Positions 29,693 through 40,336 are shown, numbered from the stretch's first letter. The stretch: 64,000 nucleotides of DNA from Candidatus Saccharimonadota bacterium (GCA_013815775.1 JACDFN010000002.1:128717-192716), one strand, 5' to 3'. Made by a program: numbers and translations. Notes: generated by a model from the sequence alone, not told the origin.

Positions 29693-31222
29693 CTATTTTC
29701 TCCTGGGAATCCCGAGCCTCTTAGTCAGGCGTTTCTTTCCGGTAGTTGTTTGTGAAGACTTTAATCCTGGTTCACTGAAGTAGTCTGGCTGCTCGTATTG
29801 ATCATATGTGATCATTAGAGCCCTGGATTCAACTTGGCGCATAGTTTCAAGCGAAACGGCTACAAGAATAAGGACGCTTGTGCCTCCTAGACCTAGAGCT
29901 ATACTCTGGTCTACATAAACTTGAGCAATAATAGGTGTTACAGCTAAAATACCAAGCGCCAAGGCGCCAAAAAAAGTCAGCCTATTGACCGTCCTGCCTA
30001 AATATTTCTCGGTTTGCTTTCCGCTTCGAACATTAGCTATAAACCCACCCTGCTTTTGAAGATTTTCGGCTATCTCCTTTGAATTAAAGGTAATACTGGT
30101 GTAAAAATATGTAAACATGAACACAAGAGCAAAATAAGTTAGTGGGTATACCCAAGGTTTCCAGCCCCCAACTGAAAATGTTTGAGCGGTTGGGTTTTGG
30201 AAGAGGGACGATAGTTGGACTCCTATTTTCTCCCAACGGGTATCAGCGGCTGTAAAAGCAGCACCTTGGCCCTCAGTTAGTAACTGTCCAACAAAGCTCG
30301 GTACGCTCAAAAAAGCCACCGCAAAAATAATGGGTATTACTCCGGCAGTTATTAATTTTACCGGTAAGGTGGTTGTCACGCCTCCGTAGGTACGATTGCC
30401 CTGAACCCTTTTGGCATAATTTACTGTTAATCTGCGAGAAGCTTCGTTAAGCTTCACAACCGCCCAGGTCATAAATATTACAGCCAATATTATTGATACC
30501 ACTGTAATGAAGCCCCGTTGGCTAAAGTCGTAGCTTAAAATTGTTAACTTATCTCCCGGTACTTCTTTTGCCCAAGCTAAACTATTTTTAAGCTGAGATA
30601 TCAACGAGGGCAAACTGCTGACAATGCCGACGGTTATCAGGAGTGAAATACCATTTCCAATCGAACGTTCAGTGATTAATTCTCCAAGCCACATTAACAC
30701 CATAGCTCCACCGGTAAGGGCTCCTATCATCAGGACCCACTGCATAGCTGATGTGTTGGCGGTAATGTCTCCTAACCCTCCTATACTGGATGCTGCCTGA
30801 CGGATGAGATAAATAGTACCTATGGACTGAACTATGGCTAGTGGAAACGTCAGCATGCGCGTGTACTGATTGATGCGCTTGCGACCAAACTCTCCTTCTT
30901 TGTTCATTGCTTCGAGCTTTGGTATAGCCTTAGTCAAAAGCTGCATTATAATTGACGCATTGATGTACGGGCCAAGACCGACAAGCATAATTGAGAAGTT
31001 AGCCAAAGCACCGCCCGATAACACGTTCAAGAAGCCCAAGAGCTGATTAGAGCTTGTTTGAGCCAGTAAATTTTCCAAGACTTGTTTAAGTGTCTGCGGG
31101 TCACTGAGGGGAACTGGTACGAAGGACAGAATACGAAAAACCAGAAGCATCCCTAGAACTGCCAGAATGCGCTTGCGCATTTCGGCGTGACCAAGCGAAG
31201 TAAGTATTATTTTCCAATTCAA
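29693..31222 (-). CDS. secY: Preprotein translocase SecY
   Basis: PYINASIIMQLL, WLGELIT..GNGISL, AGVIPIIFA, GGTSVLI; TTG start. Confidence 0.97.
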   Translation of the reverse strand: MNWKIILTSLGHAEMRKRILAVLGMLLVFRILSFVPVPLSDPQTLKQVLENLLAQTSSNQLLGFLNVLSGGALANFSIMLVGLGPYINASIIMQLLTKAIPKLEAMNKEGEFGRKRINQYTRMLTFPLAIVQSIGTIYLIRQAASSIGGLGDITANTSAMQWVLMIGALTGGAMVLMWLGELITERSIGNGISLLITVGIVSSLPSLISQLKNSLAWAKEVPGDKLTILSYDFSQRGFITVVSIILAVIFMTWAVVKLNEASRRLTVNYAKRVQGNRTYGGVTTTLPVKLITAGVIPIIFAVAFLSVPSFVGQLLTEGQGAAFTAADTRWEKIGVQLSSLFQNPTAQTFSVGGWKPWVYPLTYFALVFMFTYFYTSITFNSKEIAENLQKQGGFIANVRSGKQTEKYLGRTVNRLTFFGALALGILAVTPIIAQVYVDQSIALGLGGTSVLILVAVSLETMRQVESRALMITYDQYEQPDYFSEPGLKSSQTTTGKKRLTKRLGIPRRK

Positions 31223-31279
31223 TCGTTTAGCCTCTACTTTTAATTAAGTATACACGAGGCAGTATAGATTGCAGATGTA

Positions 31280-31756
31280 CTATTCTTTACTCTCAGGTGA
31301 TTTTTTTACTCGACCTTGGCGCTCGGTAATCTTAAAACTGCCGCCAGCTTTTTCTATAGCTGCTACAGCGCCCTGACTGGCCGCTGGCAAACGGACGTCT
31401 TTTTTTACAGTTAACTCTTCGCCGTTGAGTAATAATTTGACATCTGCGTATGGGCTGGATATTAGTTTAGCTTTAGCCAGCTCTTCAACCGTTATTGTAG
31501 TTTTTTTAAATACGGCCAACTGGCCAGTATAAATAACTTCGATCTTGGGGCGTGAACTTTTAAATCCCCGTAGCTTTGGCAACCGCATATATAGAGGCAT
31601 CTGACCACCTTCAAAACCCGGTCGTACGCCGCCACTTTTACGCGCACCTTGTCCTTTAGTTCCACGTCCAGCGGTTTTCCCGCGACCAGCACTTATGCCT
31701 CTTCCCGCCCTAATGGGTTGCTTGTTTTTTTGCAGGGTAAGTTCGTTGTACTTCAT
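31280..31756 (-). CDS. rplO: 50S ribosomal protein L15
   Basis: GKTAGRGTKGQ, FEGGQMPL. Confidence 0.97.
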   Translation of the reverse strand: MKYNELTLQKNKQPIRAGRGISAGRGKTAGRGTKGQGARKSGGVRPGFEGGQMPLYMRLPKLRGFKSSRPKIEVIYTGQLAVFKKTTITVEELAKAKLISSPYADVKLLLNGEELTVKKDVRLPAASQGAVAAIEKAGGSFKITERQGRVKKSPESKE

Positions 31757-31758
31757 GC

Positions 31759-32301
31759 TTAATCCGCCTCTTTTTCCTTCGGTTTCTTATTAGCGCTAGA
31801 TGATCTTGTGCTTGTTGTCCATTCGTGTGATGCTTTCATGCTACTAAGGGCGGCCAGCGTAGCGTAGGCTGTGTTTATTCTATTAGAAGAACCTAGGGAC
31901 TTCGATAATGCGTTTTCAATTCCAGATACTTCTAAAACAGTTCGCACAACGCCTCCAGCTATTAAGCCTGTGCCAGGAGATGCCGGGAGAATTAATATAC
32001 GAGCTCCACCTACCTTGCCTTCCACGTCGTGCGTTAGAGTCCCTTTGTATAAAGGTAATTTAACTAGATGTTTCTTAGCAACACTAGTGGCTTTGGTCAC
32101 AGCTGCAGCTACATCCGCTCCCTTGCTAACGCCGACTCCGACCTTGCCCTTATGATCTCCCAAAACAACTAAGGCCTGGAACCGAAATCTTCGGCCTCCT
32201 TTAACCACCCTGGCTACTCTGTTTACATAGACTACCCGTTCATCAAACATCTTTTCCTCGGCTAGGGGCATGCCCCCCCTTGATCTTTGTGAGACAACCA
32301 T
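31759..32301 (-). CDS. rpsE: 30S ribosomal protein S5
   Basis: RVVKGGRRFRF, PGTGLIAGG. Confidence 0.97.
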   Translation of the reverse strand: MVVSQRSRGGMPLAEEKMFDERVVYVNRVARVVKGGRRFRFQALVVLGDHKGKVGVGVSKGADVAAAVTKATSVAKKHLVKLPLYKGTLTHDVEGKVGGARILILPASPGTGLIAGGVVRTVLEVSGIENALSKSLGSSNRINTAYATLAALSSMKASHEWTTSTRSSSANKKPKEKEAD

Positions 32302-32303
32302 AA

Positions 32304-32657
32304 TTAAAACTCCAATCCTTCAGAGCGTGCGGCCTCTGCCAACGCTTTTATTCGCCCATGAAATTTACGGCTTCCGCGATCAAAAACCACTTTTGAAATT
32401 TTTGCTTTAGCTGCTTTTTTGGCTACTTCACTGCCGACCCAAATAGCTTTCTCTGTCAAGGTGCCGCTAACTTTCTGGCCCACAGTGGTCGCATAGACTA
32501 GGCTTTGACTTTTAGTGTCGTCGATAATCTGGGCCGTAACATGTGCGTTACTGATGTTTATCGTCATACGCGGTCGTGTGGCTGTGCCAACTACAACCGC
32601 TCTAACACGGTTAGCTCTGCGAGCTCGGTTTAATTTCTTATGTTTTAAGTAATCCAT
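32304..32657 (-). CDS. rplR: 50S ribosomal protein L18
   Basis: AQIIDD, VVFDRG, GLEF. Confidence 0.96.
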   Translation of the reverse strand: MDYLKHKKLNRARRANRVRAVVVGTATRPRMTINISNAHVTAQIIDDTKSQSLVYATTVGQKVSGTLTEKAIWVGSEVAKKAAKAKISKVVFDRGSRKFHGRIKALAEAARSEGLEF

Positions 32658-32665
32658 TTTTTATC

Positions 32666-33202
32666 CTATTCTTTACCGCTTTTACCGCTTTTACGAAGAA
32701 CCCGCTCATCCGAATAACGGATACCCTTGCCTTTATATGGTTCTGGTTTCTTTAAAGCCCTTATTTCTGCCGCTACCTGACCCACTTGCTGCTTACTAAT
32801 CCCACGGACCGTCAATATGTTTTGCTCAATTGATACCTGTATACCAGTTGGTAGTTTATATAACACATCGTGAGAAAAACCAAGGTTAAATTTCAAAGTC
32901 TCGTCCGCTAGTTGGACGCGGTACCCAACTCCTTGTATCTCAAGTTTTTTTTCAAAACCATTACTAACCCCTTCAACCATGTTGCTCAAAAGAGTTCTCA
33001 TAAGTCCATGCTTTGCTCGAGTACCAGCCTCATCATTTTCCTTAGCAACTAGTAACTTGCTGTCTTCAAGTACAACCTTTAACCCAGGCATCTTAAACTG
33101 CTTTAACGTTCCCTTGGGACCCTTTATTTCTACACCGGCGTTATCTACATTGACTTCTACACTGGCCGGCAATGTGATTGGAAGTTTTCCTATTCTACTC
33201 AT
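32666..33202 (-). CDS. rplF: 50S ribosomal protein L6
   Basis: MSRIGK, PEPYKGKGIRY. Confidence 0.97.
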   Translation of the reverse strand: MSRIGKLPITLPASVEVNVDNAGVEIKGPKGTLKQFKMPGLKVVLEDSKLLVAKENDEAGTRAKHGLMRTLLSNMVEGVSNGFEKKLEIQGVGYRVQLADETLKFNLGFSHDVLYKLPTGIQVSIEQNILTVRGISKQQVGQVAAEIRALKKPEPYKGKGIRYSDERVLRKSGKSGKE

Positions 33203-33212
33203 ATCATCAATC

Positions 33213-33608
33213 CTAGTAAACCTTGGCGATTAACTCACCGCCCAGCCGCTTAGTCATGGCATCGGTGCCGGTCATCACACCTTGAGAGGTAGATACAATC
33301 ACAATGCCGCGACCACGCTTCACAACGGGTATTTTATCGGATTTAACATATAGCCGACGGCCCGGTGTGCTCAGTCGCGCAATTTCAGTAATAGATGCAT
33401 TAGATCCTTCTGGGTTAATACTAATCTGTAGACTTTTACGGTGATTATCTACTTGGACCGACAATGACATTAAAAACCCGCTGTCAACTAAAATTTTGGC
33501 AACTGTTTCTTTAACATTTGAGTGCGGCAGTATTATTTCTGCTTTATTTACCATTATTGCATTACGAATTCTTGTAAACATATCTGATATTGGGTCAGTT
33601 GATACCAT
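33213..33608 (-). CDS. rpsH: 30S ribosomal protein S8
   Basis: DPISDMFTRIRN, STSQGVMT, GGE. Confidence 0.97.
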   Translation of the reverse strand: MVSTDPISDMFTRIRNAIMVNKAEIILPHSNVKETVAKILVDSGFLMSLSVQVDNHRKSLQISINPEGSNASITEIARLSTPGRRLYVKSDKIPVVKRGRGIVIVSTSQGVMTGTDAMTKRLGGELIAKVY

Positions 33609-33617
33609 AATTACTCC

Positions 33618-33887
33618 TTACCAACTACTCTTTGTTACTCCAGGAATTTCCCCCCGAGAGGCGTGTTCCCTGAATGCTATTCGGGATAGCCCAAACTGTC
33701 TCATGTAACTGCGTGATCGACCAGATTCACTACATCGATTATTATGGCGGCTAGGGCTCGAATTACGGGGCAGACCAGCTAGGCCTTCATAATCTCCAGC
33801 AGCTTTCATCTCGGCTCGTTTCTCAGCATACTTTTCTATCATTTTTATACGTTTAGCATCTCTGGCAATTATTGATTTCTTGGCCAT
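33618..33887 (-). CDS. rpsN: 30S ribosomal protein S14, 89 aa zinc-independent type
   Basis: [18 protein letters not shown]; only one Cys. Confidence 0.96.
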   Translation of the reverse strand: MAKKSIIARDAKRIKMIEKYAEKRAEMKAAGDYEGLAGLPRNSSPSRHNNRCSESGRSRSYMRQFGLSRIAFREHASRGEIPGVTKSSW

Positions 33888-34466
33888 TTATCTGTCCTCC
33901 TTTTCAAAGGGTAATCCTATTTTTTCAAGTAATAAACGACTGTAGGTTGGGCTTTTTGAACGAAGTACAAAAACTATTTGTAAGCCATGAGCTGTGGCTG
34001 TATCTTCGTATGCTAGCTCAGGAAACACTGATTGATCGGTGAAACCAAGGTTATAATTACCCTGTCGATCGAAGCTTTTGCCACTTACCCCATGAAAGTC
34101 CCGGAGCCGTGGCAGCACTATATTTATAACTCTGTCAGTAAACTCATACATCCTCTCTCCGCGAAGTGTAACTTTAAGACCTATTTTGCTTCCTTCCCGT
34201 AATTTAAAGCTCGCAATGGATTTTTTAGCAATTGTTTCAACGGGCTGCTGCCCGGTTATTTTTCTAAGAGTATTGGCGCCTACCTCTATCAACCGTTTCT
34301 CATCTTTGGCTCGTCCTAGCCCAATATTTACTACTATTTTTTCCAGCCGGGGGGCGTCATGAATATTCTTTAACTTAAGTTCCTTTTGAAGCTCACCGGC
34401 AATCTTTTCGAAGTACTCTTTTTTTAAACGAGCCTCGTAGCTTACTTTAGTCTTAGGAGATGCCAT
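33888..34466 (-). CDS. rplE: 50S ribosomal protein L5
   Basis: ITGQQP, KVTLRG, LPRLRDF. Confidence 0.97.
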   Translation of the reverse strand: MASPKTKVSYEARLKKEYFEKIAGELQKELKLKNIHDAPRLEKIVVNIGLGRAKDEKRLIEVGANTLRKITGQQPVETIAKKSIASFKLREGSKIGLKVTLRGERMYEFTDRVINIVLPRLRDFHGVSGKSFDRQGNYNLGFTDQSVFPELAYEDTATAHGLQIVFVLRSKSPTYSRLLLEKIGLPFEKEDR

Positions 34467-34798
34467 TACTTTATCTCCTTGCCAGTAGTTTTCATTATTC
34501 GCGTTTTAACTCCGTCTTTGCTTATCTTATAGCCAATCCTCGATGCTTTTTTTGCTACTGCGTCCAGTAATCCTACCTTGCTTACCCAAATAGGTTTTGT
34601 TAGTTCGATGATCCCTCCTTGTGGGTGGGCAGCAGTCGGTTTACGATGTCGTTTTACAACATTAATTCCTTCCACCGTGACTTTATTGAGCTGAGGCTGG
34701 ACTGAAAGAACTTTACCAGTACGGCCTCTATACTTCCCGGAGCGGACTATTACTTTGTCGCCTTTATTGATGCGGATTTTATGTATTTGACGTGTCAT
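34466..34798 (-). CDS. rplX: 50S ribosomal protein L24
   Basis: KOW motif KGDKVIVRSGK, VEGIN. Confidence 0.96.
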   Translation of the reverse strand: MTRQIHKIRINKGDKVIVRSGKYRGRTGKVLSVQPQLNKVTVEGINVVKRHRKPTAAHPQGGIIELTKPIWVSKVGLLDAVAKKASRIGYKISKDGVKTRIMKTTGKEIK

Positions 34799-35169
34799 TA
34801 TAGTACCTCCGGAGCCAAAGAAATAATTCGACTATAGCCCTTTTCACGTAGCTCCCTAGGCACAGGTCCGAATATCCGGCTACCTCTGGGTGTTTTGTTG
34901 TCCTCAGCGAGAACAACTGCTGCGTTATCGTCAAACCGAACAGTTGAACCGTCCGCACGCTTTATAGGGCTTCGTGTTCTTACAATCACTGCTTTGACAA
35001 TGCTTTTCCTCTTTACTCCGCCTGCCGGATTTGCCGTTTTTACGCTAGCAACAATAATATCGCCAACTCGAGCGTATCTTCGTCGACTACCCCCAAGTAC
35101 TCGTATACAAAGTAATTGCTTAGCACCGCTGTTGTCAGCAGTCATTAAACGACTTTCTTGCTGAATCAC
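34798..35169 (-). CDS. rplN: 50S ribosomal protein L14
   Basis: ADNSGAK, FDDNAAV, SLAPEVL. Confidence 0.97.
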   Translation of the reverse strand: MIQQESRLMTADNSGAKQLLCIRVLGGSRRRYARVGDIIVASVKTANPAGGVKRKSIVKAVIVRTRSPIKRADGSTVRFDDNAAVVLAEDNKTPRGSRIFGPVPRELREKGYSRIISLAPEVL

Positions 35170-35477
35170 TTAGACCCCTCCGGTTTTGGTTCGTTATCAA
35201 GAACATCGGCGGTGGCGTCTGTTTCTTCAAATCGCACACCCCCACGTTCTAAAATTTTAGATAGTTTAAAGTGCTTTCTGGCACTGATAGGGCGAGTCTC
35301 AGAGATTATGACTCTATCTCCAATTTTTGCATCGTTTTTTTCATCATGAGCCATAAATCTGGTGTTTTTAGTGTATTGTTTCCTGTAGAGTGGGTGTGTC
35401 TTACGGGTGGCCACCGTTATTACGATAGTCTTATCTACTTTGTCGCTTGAAACAACTCCAGTCATAGTCTTTGGCAT
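35166..35477 (-). CDS. rpsQ: 30S ribosomal protein S17
   Basis: [21 protein letters not shown]. Confidence 0.96.
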   Translation of the reverse strand: MPKTMTGVVSSDKVDKTIVITVATRKTHPLYRKQYTKNTRFMAHDEKNDAKIGDRVIISETRPISARKHFKLSKILERGGVRFEETDATADVLDNEPKPEGSK

Positions 35478-35678
35478 TTACATATCCTCCTTAGATAATT
35501 GCTCGCCTAAAACGGTTAACACACGAGCAAGATCTTTGCGCTTAGTCCTAATTACTCTAACATTCTGAACTTCACCACTATAAAGGCGCCGACGTAGTTC
35601 TACAATCTCATCTCGCAAACTAGAACTTTGCTTGGTAAGTTGGTCAGTGCTCAGTTTACGTACTTCAACAATTTTCAT
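35478..35678 (-). CDS. rpmC: 50S ribosomal protein L29
   Basis: RKDLARVLT; expected position in the cluster. Confidence 0.92.
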   Translation of the reverse strand: MKIVEVRKLSTDQLTKQSSSLRDEIVELRRRLYSGEVQNVRVIRTKRKDLARVLTVLGEQLSKEDM

Positions 35679-36094
35679 TATTGATCTTCCTTTAGGGTGA
35701 AAAGTGTTTTAACGGGTAATTTGTGAGCAGCAAGCCGCATTGCTTCCCGGGCTACATCTTCTGCTACTCCATCCATTTCGAATAAAACGGTTCCAGGTTT
35801 AACCTTGGCAACAAAAAACTCCGGGTTCCCTTTACCGCTTCCCATCTTTACGTCTTGTGGTTTTCTAGTAACTGGAGTGTGTGGGAATATTCTTATCCAA
35901 ATTTGCCCTCCGCGCTTAACGTGTCGTGTCATGGCTTGACGAGCTGCCTCTATCTGGCGGCTAGTAATACGCTCGCTCTGCTGACTCACAAGAGCAAAAC
36001 GTCCGTAAGCTAACTGATTGAGAGAGCTGGCCGTACCGCCGTGAATACGACCCTTTCGCACTTTTCGGTATTTGGTACGCGAAGGCATTAACAT
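35678..36094 (-). CDS. rplP: 50S ribosomal protein L16
   Basis: QIEAAR, WIRIFP, MGSGKG. Confidence 0.97.
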   Translation of the reverse strand: MLMPSRTKYRKVRKGRIHGGTASSLNQLAYGRFALVSQQSERITSRQIEAARQAMTRHVKRGGQIWIRIFPHTPVTRKPQDVKMGSGKGNPEFFVAKVKPGTVLFEMDGVAEDVAREAMRLAAHKLPVKTLFTLKEDQ

Positions 36095-36095
36095 T

Positions 36096-36728
36096 TTAGT
36101 CTACCTCTCCCCTGTAAATCCAAACTTTTACACCTATAACTCCAGCTCCCGGATACAGTGCCCTTGCACTTCCGTAATCAATATCTGCACGCAAGGTATG
36201 CAACGGTACGCTTCCTTGGACCTCTTTTTCTCGTCGGGACATTTCATTACCGCCCAATCGTCCGGCAACTTCTACCCTGACACCCTTTGCGCCTGCTCTC
36301 ATCGTTGCGGCAGCGGATTGCTTAATGGCACGCCTAAAAGTAATCCGTCTTTCTAGTTGGTGGGCAATATTCTCTGCAACTAATTTAGCTTGAAGTTCGG
36401 GTCGTTTTATCTCCTCGATATTGACTCTTACTGGTACACCGTACAATTTCTCTATATCGGTCTTTAATTCTTGAGCTCCCGCACCGCCCCGTCCAATAAC
36501 TACACCGGCTTTTGCTGTTTGAATCGTAACAGTGACCAAGTTTGGCGAACGCTCAATGTCAACTTTGTTGATTGCCGCTCTAGAACCCAGTTTAGTAGTT
36601 ATGTGGCGACGAACGGCTAGGTCCTGCTTGAGGTATGCTGCGTAATCTTTCTTACCGGCAAACCACTTGCTGCGCCAATCCTTATTGACTTGTAACCTCA
36701 TGGATATAGGATTAACTTTTTGACCCAT
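36096..36728 (-). CDS. rpsC: 30S ribosomal protein S3
   Basis: [23 protein letters not shown]. Confidence 0.97.
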   Translation of the reverse strand: MGQKVNPISMRLQVNKDWRSKWFAGKKDYAAYLKQDLAVRRHITTKLGSRAAINKVDIERSPNLVTVTIQTAKAGVVIGRGGAGAQELKTDIEKLYGVPVRVNIEEIKRPELQAKLVAENIAHQLERRITFRRAIKQSAAATMRAGAKGVRVEVAGRLGGNEMSRREKEVQGSVPLHTLRADIDYGSARALYPGAGVIGVKVWIYRGEVD

Positions 36729-37111
36729 TATTTTTCCTCCTTGGCGGTAGCTTCAGTAATCTTTTTCTTAGTGGCTCGTTTTTCACCGTCAACAGTAACT
36801 TTGATATGACTAGTTTTCCTTGCAAAAGGCAAGGCTCGCCCACGGGCAGCAGGTCGGTAGCGTTTTAATCTCGGCCCAGCAGTAACAGTAATTTCAACTA
36901 TATGAAGGCTGTCAGGTTTATAGTTGTGATTATGTTCGGCGTTTGCTCGTGCACTTACAACAACGCCTTTGACTGCTCCTGCGGCACGTCTGGGAGTATG
37001 ATCAAGAATTGTTACAGCATCAGCTATCGTTCGACCTCTAATTAAAGCAGCTACCTCGCTGACTTTACGAGGACTCATCCTGACTCCTTTTGAGTTGGCA
37101 TAGGCTGGCAT
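36728..37111 (-). CDS. rplV: 50S ribosomal protein L22
   Basis: SPRKV, ANAEHN, ARGRA, TSHI. Confidence 0.96.
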   Translation of the reverse strand: MPAYANSKGVRMSPRKVSEVAALIRGRTIADAVTILDHTPRRAAGAVKGVVVSARANAEHNHNYKPDSLHIVEITVTAGPRLKRYRPAARGRALPFARKTSHIKVTVDGEKRATKKKITEATAKEEK

Positions 37112-37114
37112 AGT

Positions 37115-37399
37115 TTACCTCTTAGCTCCTTGACTCTTGGCAAGTTTACCACCATGGCTACGGAATTTGCGGGTTGGCGAAAACTCGCCCAGTTTATGGC
37201 CTACCATATTCTCGGTTATAAATACTGGAACATGTACTTTACCGTTGTGAACCGCCACAGTACGACCTACGAACTCCGGAGCTATAGTACAAGCACGGGC
37301 CCATGTTTTTATTACTGTACGGTCTTGAGGGGTTAGTGCTGCCAGTTTTTTTGATAGCTTTGGGTCAATGTACGGTCCTTTCTTAAGTGATCTGCTCAT
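37115..37399 (-). CDS. rpsS: 30S ribosomal protein S19
   Basis: [20 protein letters not shown]. Confidence 0.97.
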   Translation of the reverse strand: MSRSLKKGPYIDPKLSKKLAALTPQDRTVIKTWARACTIAPEFVGRTVAVHNGKVHVPVFITENMVGHKLGEFSPTRKFRSHGGKLAKSQGAKR

Positions 37400-38238
37400 C
37401 CTTGTCTCCTCTTCGCCTGATGACGACTTCTAACTATAAATTTAGTACTGGCCTTACGGCTCCGAGTTTTATATCCCAAAGTTTTTTGACCCCAAGGCGT
37501 AGTGGGGGGCCTGGCCATCCGGTGCTTACCGCCATCTCCGCCTCCATGTGGGTGATCGGCTGCTGCCATAACCACACCACGAACGGACGGCCTAAAGCCC
37601 ATATGCCTTTTTCGTCCAGCTTTTCCAACCTTTATATTCTGATGTTGTTCATTGCCCACGCTACCAATAGATGCGGTAGCTTCGATGGATATCATTCTTA
37701 CTTCACCCGAAGGGAGGCGGACTTGTGCATACTTCTCTTCCTTGGCAATTAATTGTGCTCCTGCACCGGCGGTTCTAGCTATTTGAGCACCTTTGCCCGG
37801 CTGTAGTTCAATGGCGTGGATCACCGTTCCCGTGGGTATATTTTTTAGCGGTAGTCGGTTTCCAACTTCTATAGAAGCTTCCTCCTCCGCACTTATTCTG
37901 GCGCCGACTTCTATTCCTTTAGGAGCTAAAATATAGTGATACTTTCCGCTATGATCCTTAATTCGGGCTATTCTGGCACTGCGGTTAGGGTCGTACTCAA
38001 TTTGCTCTACTATAGCCGTAGTCCCTGTTTCCAGCCGGTAATTTAATAATCTGTAGTAACGACGCGCTCCGCCACCTCGGTGCCGGGTGGTTATCCGCCC
38101 TTGATTATTTCGTGCAACTGGGCCTTTTTTTATTTTTATTAACCCTCTTAGAGGTTTTTTGGTAGTGATCGTGTCAAAGTCTTGAGTGGTCATGCCCCGC
38201 TGAGCTGGTGTAGTAGGGTTATAGAGTTTGATAGGCAT
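37396..38238 (-). CDS. rplB: 50S ribosomal protein L2
   Basis: [15 protein letters not shown]. Confidence 0.98.
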   Translation of the reverse strand: MPIKLYNPTTPAQRGMTTQDFDTITTKKPLRGLIKIKKGPVARNNQGRITTRHRGGGARRYYRLLNYRLETGTTAIVEQIEYDPNRSARIARIKDHSGKYHYILAPKGIEVGARISAEEEASIEVGNRLPLKNIPTGTVIHAIELQPGKGAQIARTAGAGAQLIAKEEKYAQVRLPSGEVRMISIEATASIGSVGNEQHQNIKVGKAGRKRHMGFRPSVRGVVMAAADHPHGGGDGGKHRMARPPTTPWGQKTLGYKTRSRKASTKFIVRSRHQAKRRQG

Positions 38239-38582
38239 TATTTACTCTCCTTTACCGGCTTTTTAGTTGCCGGTTCTTCAACTGCTGCAAAGATTGGCAG
38301 CTTGTCTCCGTCTTTGAGGGTTACGTATGCTTTACGAATATTAGCTCGTTGAAAATGTCTCACAGAACGGCCACCCCGTCGTAGGCTGCGCTGACTTTTT
38401 CCTCTACTACTGGCCACTCTCACGCTTTTTATGCCAACCTCGTACTGATTTTTAACTGCCTCGGCGATATCATGCTTATTGGCGTCACGGGAAACGTCGA
38501 ATACATATGTATTTTGAGTTTGCGATAGACCATATACTTTCTCGCTTAGCCTAGGTTTCAAAATAACCGCCAATCTTTTCAT
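38238..38582 (-). CDS. rplW: 50S ribosomal protein L23
   Basis: SEK, ANK..I, KAYVTL. Confidence 0.94.
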   Translation of the reverse strand: MKRLAVILKPRLSEKVYGLSQTQNTYVFDVSRDANKHDIAEAVKNQYEVGIKSVRVASSRGKSQRSLRRGGRSVRHFQRANIRKAYVTLKDGDKLPIFAAVEEPATKKPVKESK

Positions 38583-39217
38583 TATTTAGCCTCCATCAAT
38601 GCATCAATTGCTAGTAATGCACTGGTACTAAAAACAATCTTATCAGCGTTCAGAACACCATAAACATTAAGATATCGAGCTTGTATTAGCTGGGTACCGG
38701 GAAGATTGCGGATAGGCCTAGAGGTTTCAGGTGTTTTTGATTCTAGAACTATTAGTGTTTTACCAGATGCTCCAATTTTTATTAACAAGTTTAAAGCATC
38801 CTTCGTCTTACCACTTGCTAAAACAAAATCATCTATGACAATAATTTTTTCAGATTTAGCCGCCAAACTAAGAGCCTGCCGTAGAGCCAGCCGCCTAGAC
38901 CGAGTATTCAGTTTAATAAAGTAGTTCTCGCTACCAGTTGGTCCGAAGGTTACTCCTCCCCCGGTTTGCAATGGATTTCGACTAGAACCAGCCCTAGCCC
39001 TGCCGGTACCTTTTTGAGGGTGAGGCTTGCGTCCACCACCGCGCACTTCGCCACGTTTTTTAGTCTTGGCAAGGTTAACCCGACCATTGGCAAGATAGGC
39101 TTGGTAAGCAATTTTTAATAGTCCGTGGTCTTTAACTTCAACTCCAAAAACTTTTTTATCGAGTTTAACGGACGTAGTCGCTTTAGCTCCAGACTTCGTA
39201 AAAGTAGAAACACTCAC
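38582..39217 (-). CDS. rplD: 50S ribosomal protein L4
   Basis: RGGGRKPHPQKGTGRARAGS. Confidence 0.97.
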   Translation of the reverse strand: MSVSTFTKSGAKATTSVKLDKKVFGVEVKDHGLLKIAYQAYLANGRVNLAKTKKRGEVRGGGRKPHPQKGTGRARAGSSRNPLQTGGGVTFGPTGSENYFIKLNTRSRRLALRQALSLAAKSEKIIVIDDFVLASGKTKDALNLLIKIGASGKTLIVLESKTPETSRPIRNLPGTQLIQARYLNVYGVLNADKIVFSTSALLAIDALMEAK

Positions 39218-39828
39218 TACTTAGACTCCTTTAGAATCACTAGTCCTTTACGTGGTCCGGGAACGGCTCCACTTACCCCTATTACGCCTAATTCTTTATC
39301 TACTAAAGCCACCTTTAATCCCTTGGTTGTCACCCGTTCATGACCCATATGTCCAGCCATTTTCTTACCTGGAAAAATACGCTGTGGGTACATAGAGCCA
39401 ATGGAGCCGGGACGTCGATAGCTACGCCCACCGTGGGTCTTTCGGCCGCGGTGAAAGTTATGACGCTTAATGGTTCCGGCAAAGCCCTTACCTTTGCTAG
39501 TTCCCGATACATCAACGGAGTCGCCAATATTAAAAATGTCGGCGTTCAATTTGTCGCCGACTTTTGTTGTTTCTTCAATTTCATCAATCCGAAACTCACG
39601 TGTAATTTTTGGAGTCTGTCCGGAAGCTTTTAAATGTCCTTTTCGAGACTTACCGGCTTTTTTGTCTTCTTCTGCACCTATTTGAACAGCCTGGTATCCG
39701 TCAATCTCTAGAGTTTTAATTTGTGTTATGACGTTATCTACAGCGGATAATAAAGTAACAGCAATCGAAGAGCCGTCCTCAGTAATGAGGCTAGTCATGC
39801 CGATTTTACGAGTTAGTAGTGCTTTCAC
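39217..39828 (-). CDS. rplC: 50S ribosomal protein L3
   Basis: KIGMT, SKGKGFAG, GKKMAGHMG. Confidence 0.97.
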   Translation of the reverse strand: MKALLTRKIGMTSLITEDGSSIAVTLLSAVDNVITQIKTLEIDGYQAVQIGAEEDKKAGKSRKGHLKASGQTPKITREFRIDEIEETTKVGDKLNADIFNIGDSVDVSGTSKGKGFAGTIKRHNFHRGRKTHGGRSYRRPGSIGSMYPQRIFPGKKMAGHMGHERVTTKGLKVALVDKELGVIGVSGAVPGPRKGLVILKESK

Positions 39829-39972
39829 TCTTATCCTTATTTTTGCTTAATAAATGCATAAACCTCGATTTTACGAGGCGTACAAAAAAATGACCTTGCT
39901 CTAGCAGTATCTACTCCTTTGCAGCAATAGACTTACAAAAAAGAGCCAAGTACTGAACTCTCTATGTCCAAC

Positions 39973-40002
39973 AGATTAACATGCAAAAGACTCATCTGTC
40001 AA
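39973..40002 (-). promoter_or_regulatory. Promoter for the rplC-led cluster
   Basis: TTGACA-18-(TGT)TAATCT on the minus strand. Confidence 0.55.
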
Positions 40003-40031
40003 TCTGTTGCGAAAATTACAAAGATAATTCT

Positions 40032-40298
40032 TTAATTAAAGGTTAATTCTAGACCCATAGGTAACCAAAAACCAACAAACATAGCCATTAGTAGCACGGC
40101 ATATTCAACTTTACGATCTATTTTAAAATGGTCGTGTGCGATAAATAAAAGACCAATTAGGGCTCCAACTGGAATAGGAAGTTCTGTATCCCCCTTGGTG
40201 ATTATTCGAAGCCATTGCGACCCTAGAACTAAATAAAGCACAATTTTTAACACATAGACGCTGTCTAGCTCTTGATTCTGGTCAGTTTTTTTTGCCAT
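40032..40298 (-). CDS. Small hypothetical membrane protein
   Basis: 88 aa, three hydrophobic segments, HDHFKIDRKVEYA motif. Confidence 0.7.
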   Translation of the reverse strand: MAKKTDQNQELDSVYVLKIVLYLVLGSQWLRIITKGDTELPIPVGALIGLLFIAHDHFKIDRKVEYAVLLMAMFVGFWLPMGLELTFN

Positions 40299-40336
40299 AA
40301 ACGTATTTAACCATAAGGTTATTGTCCAGGCAAAGC

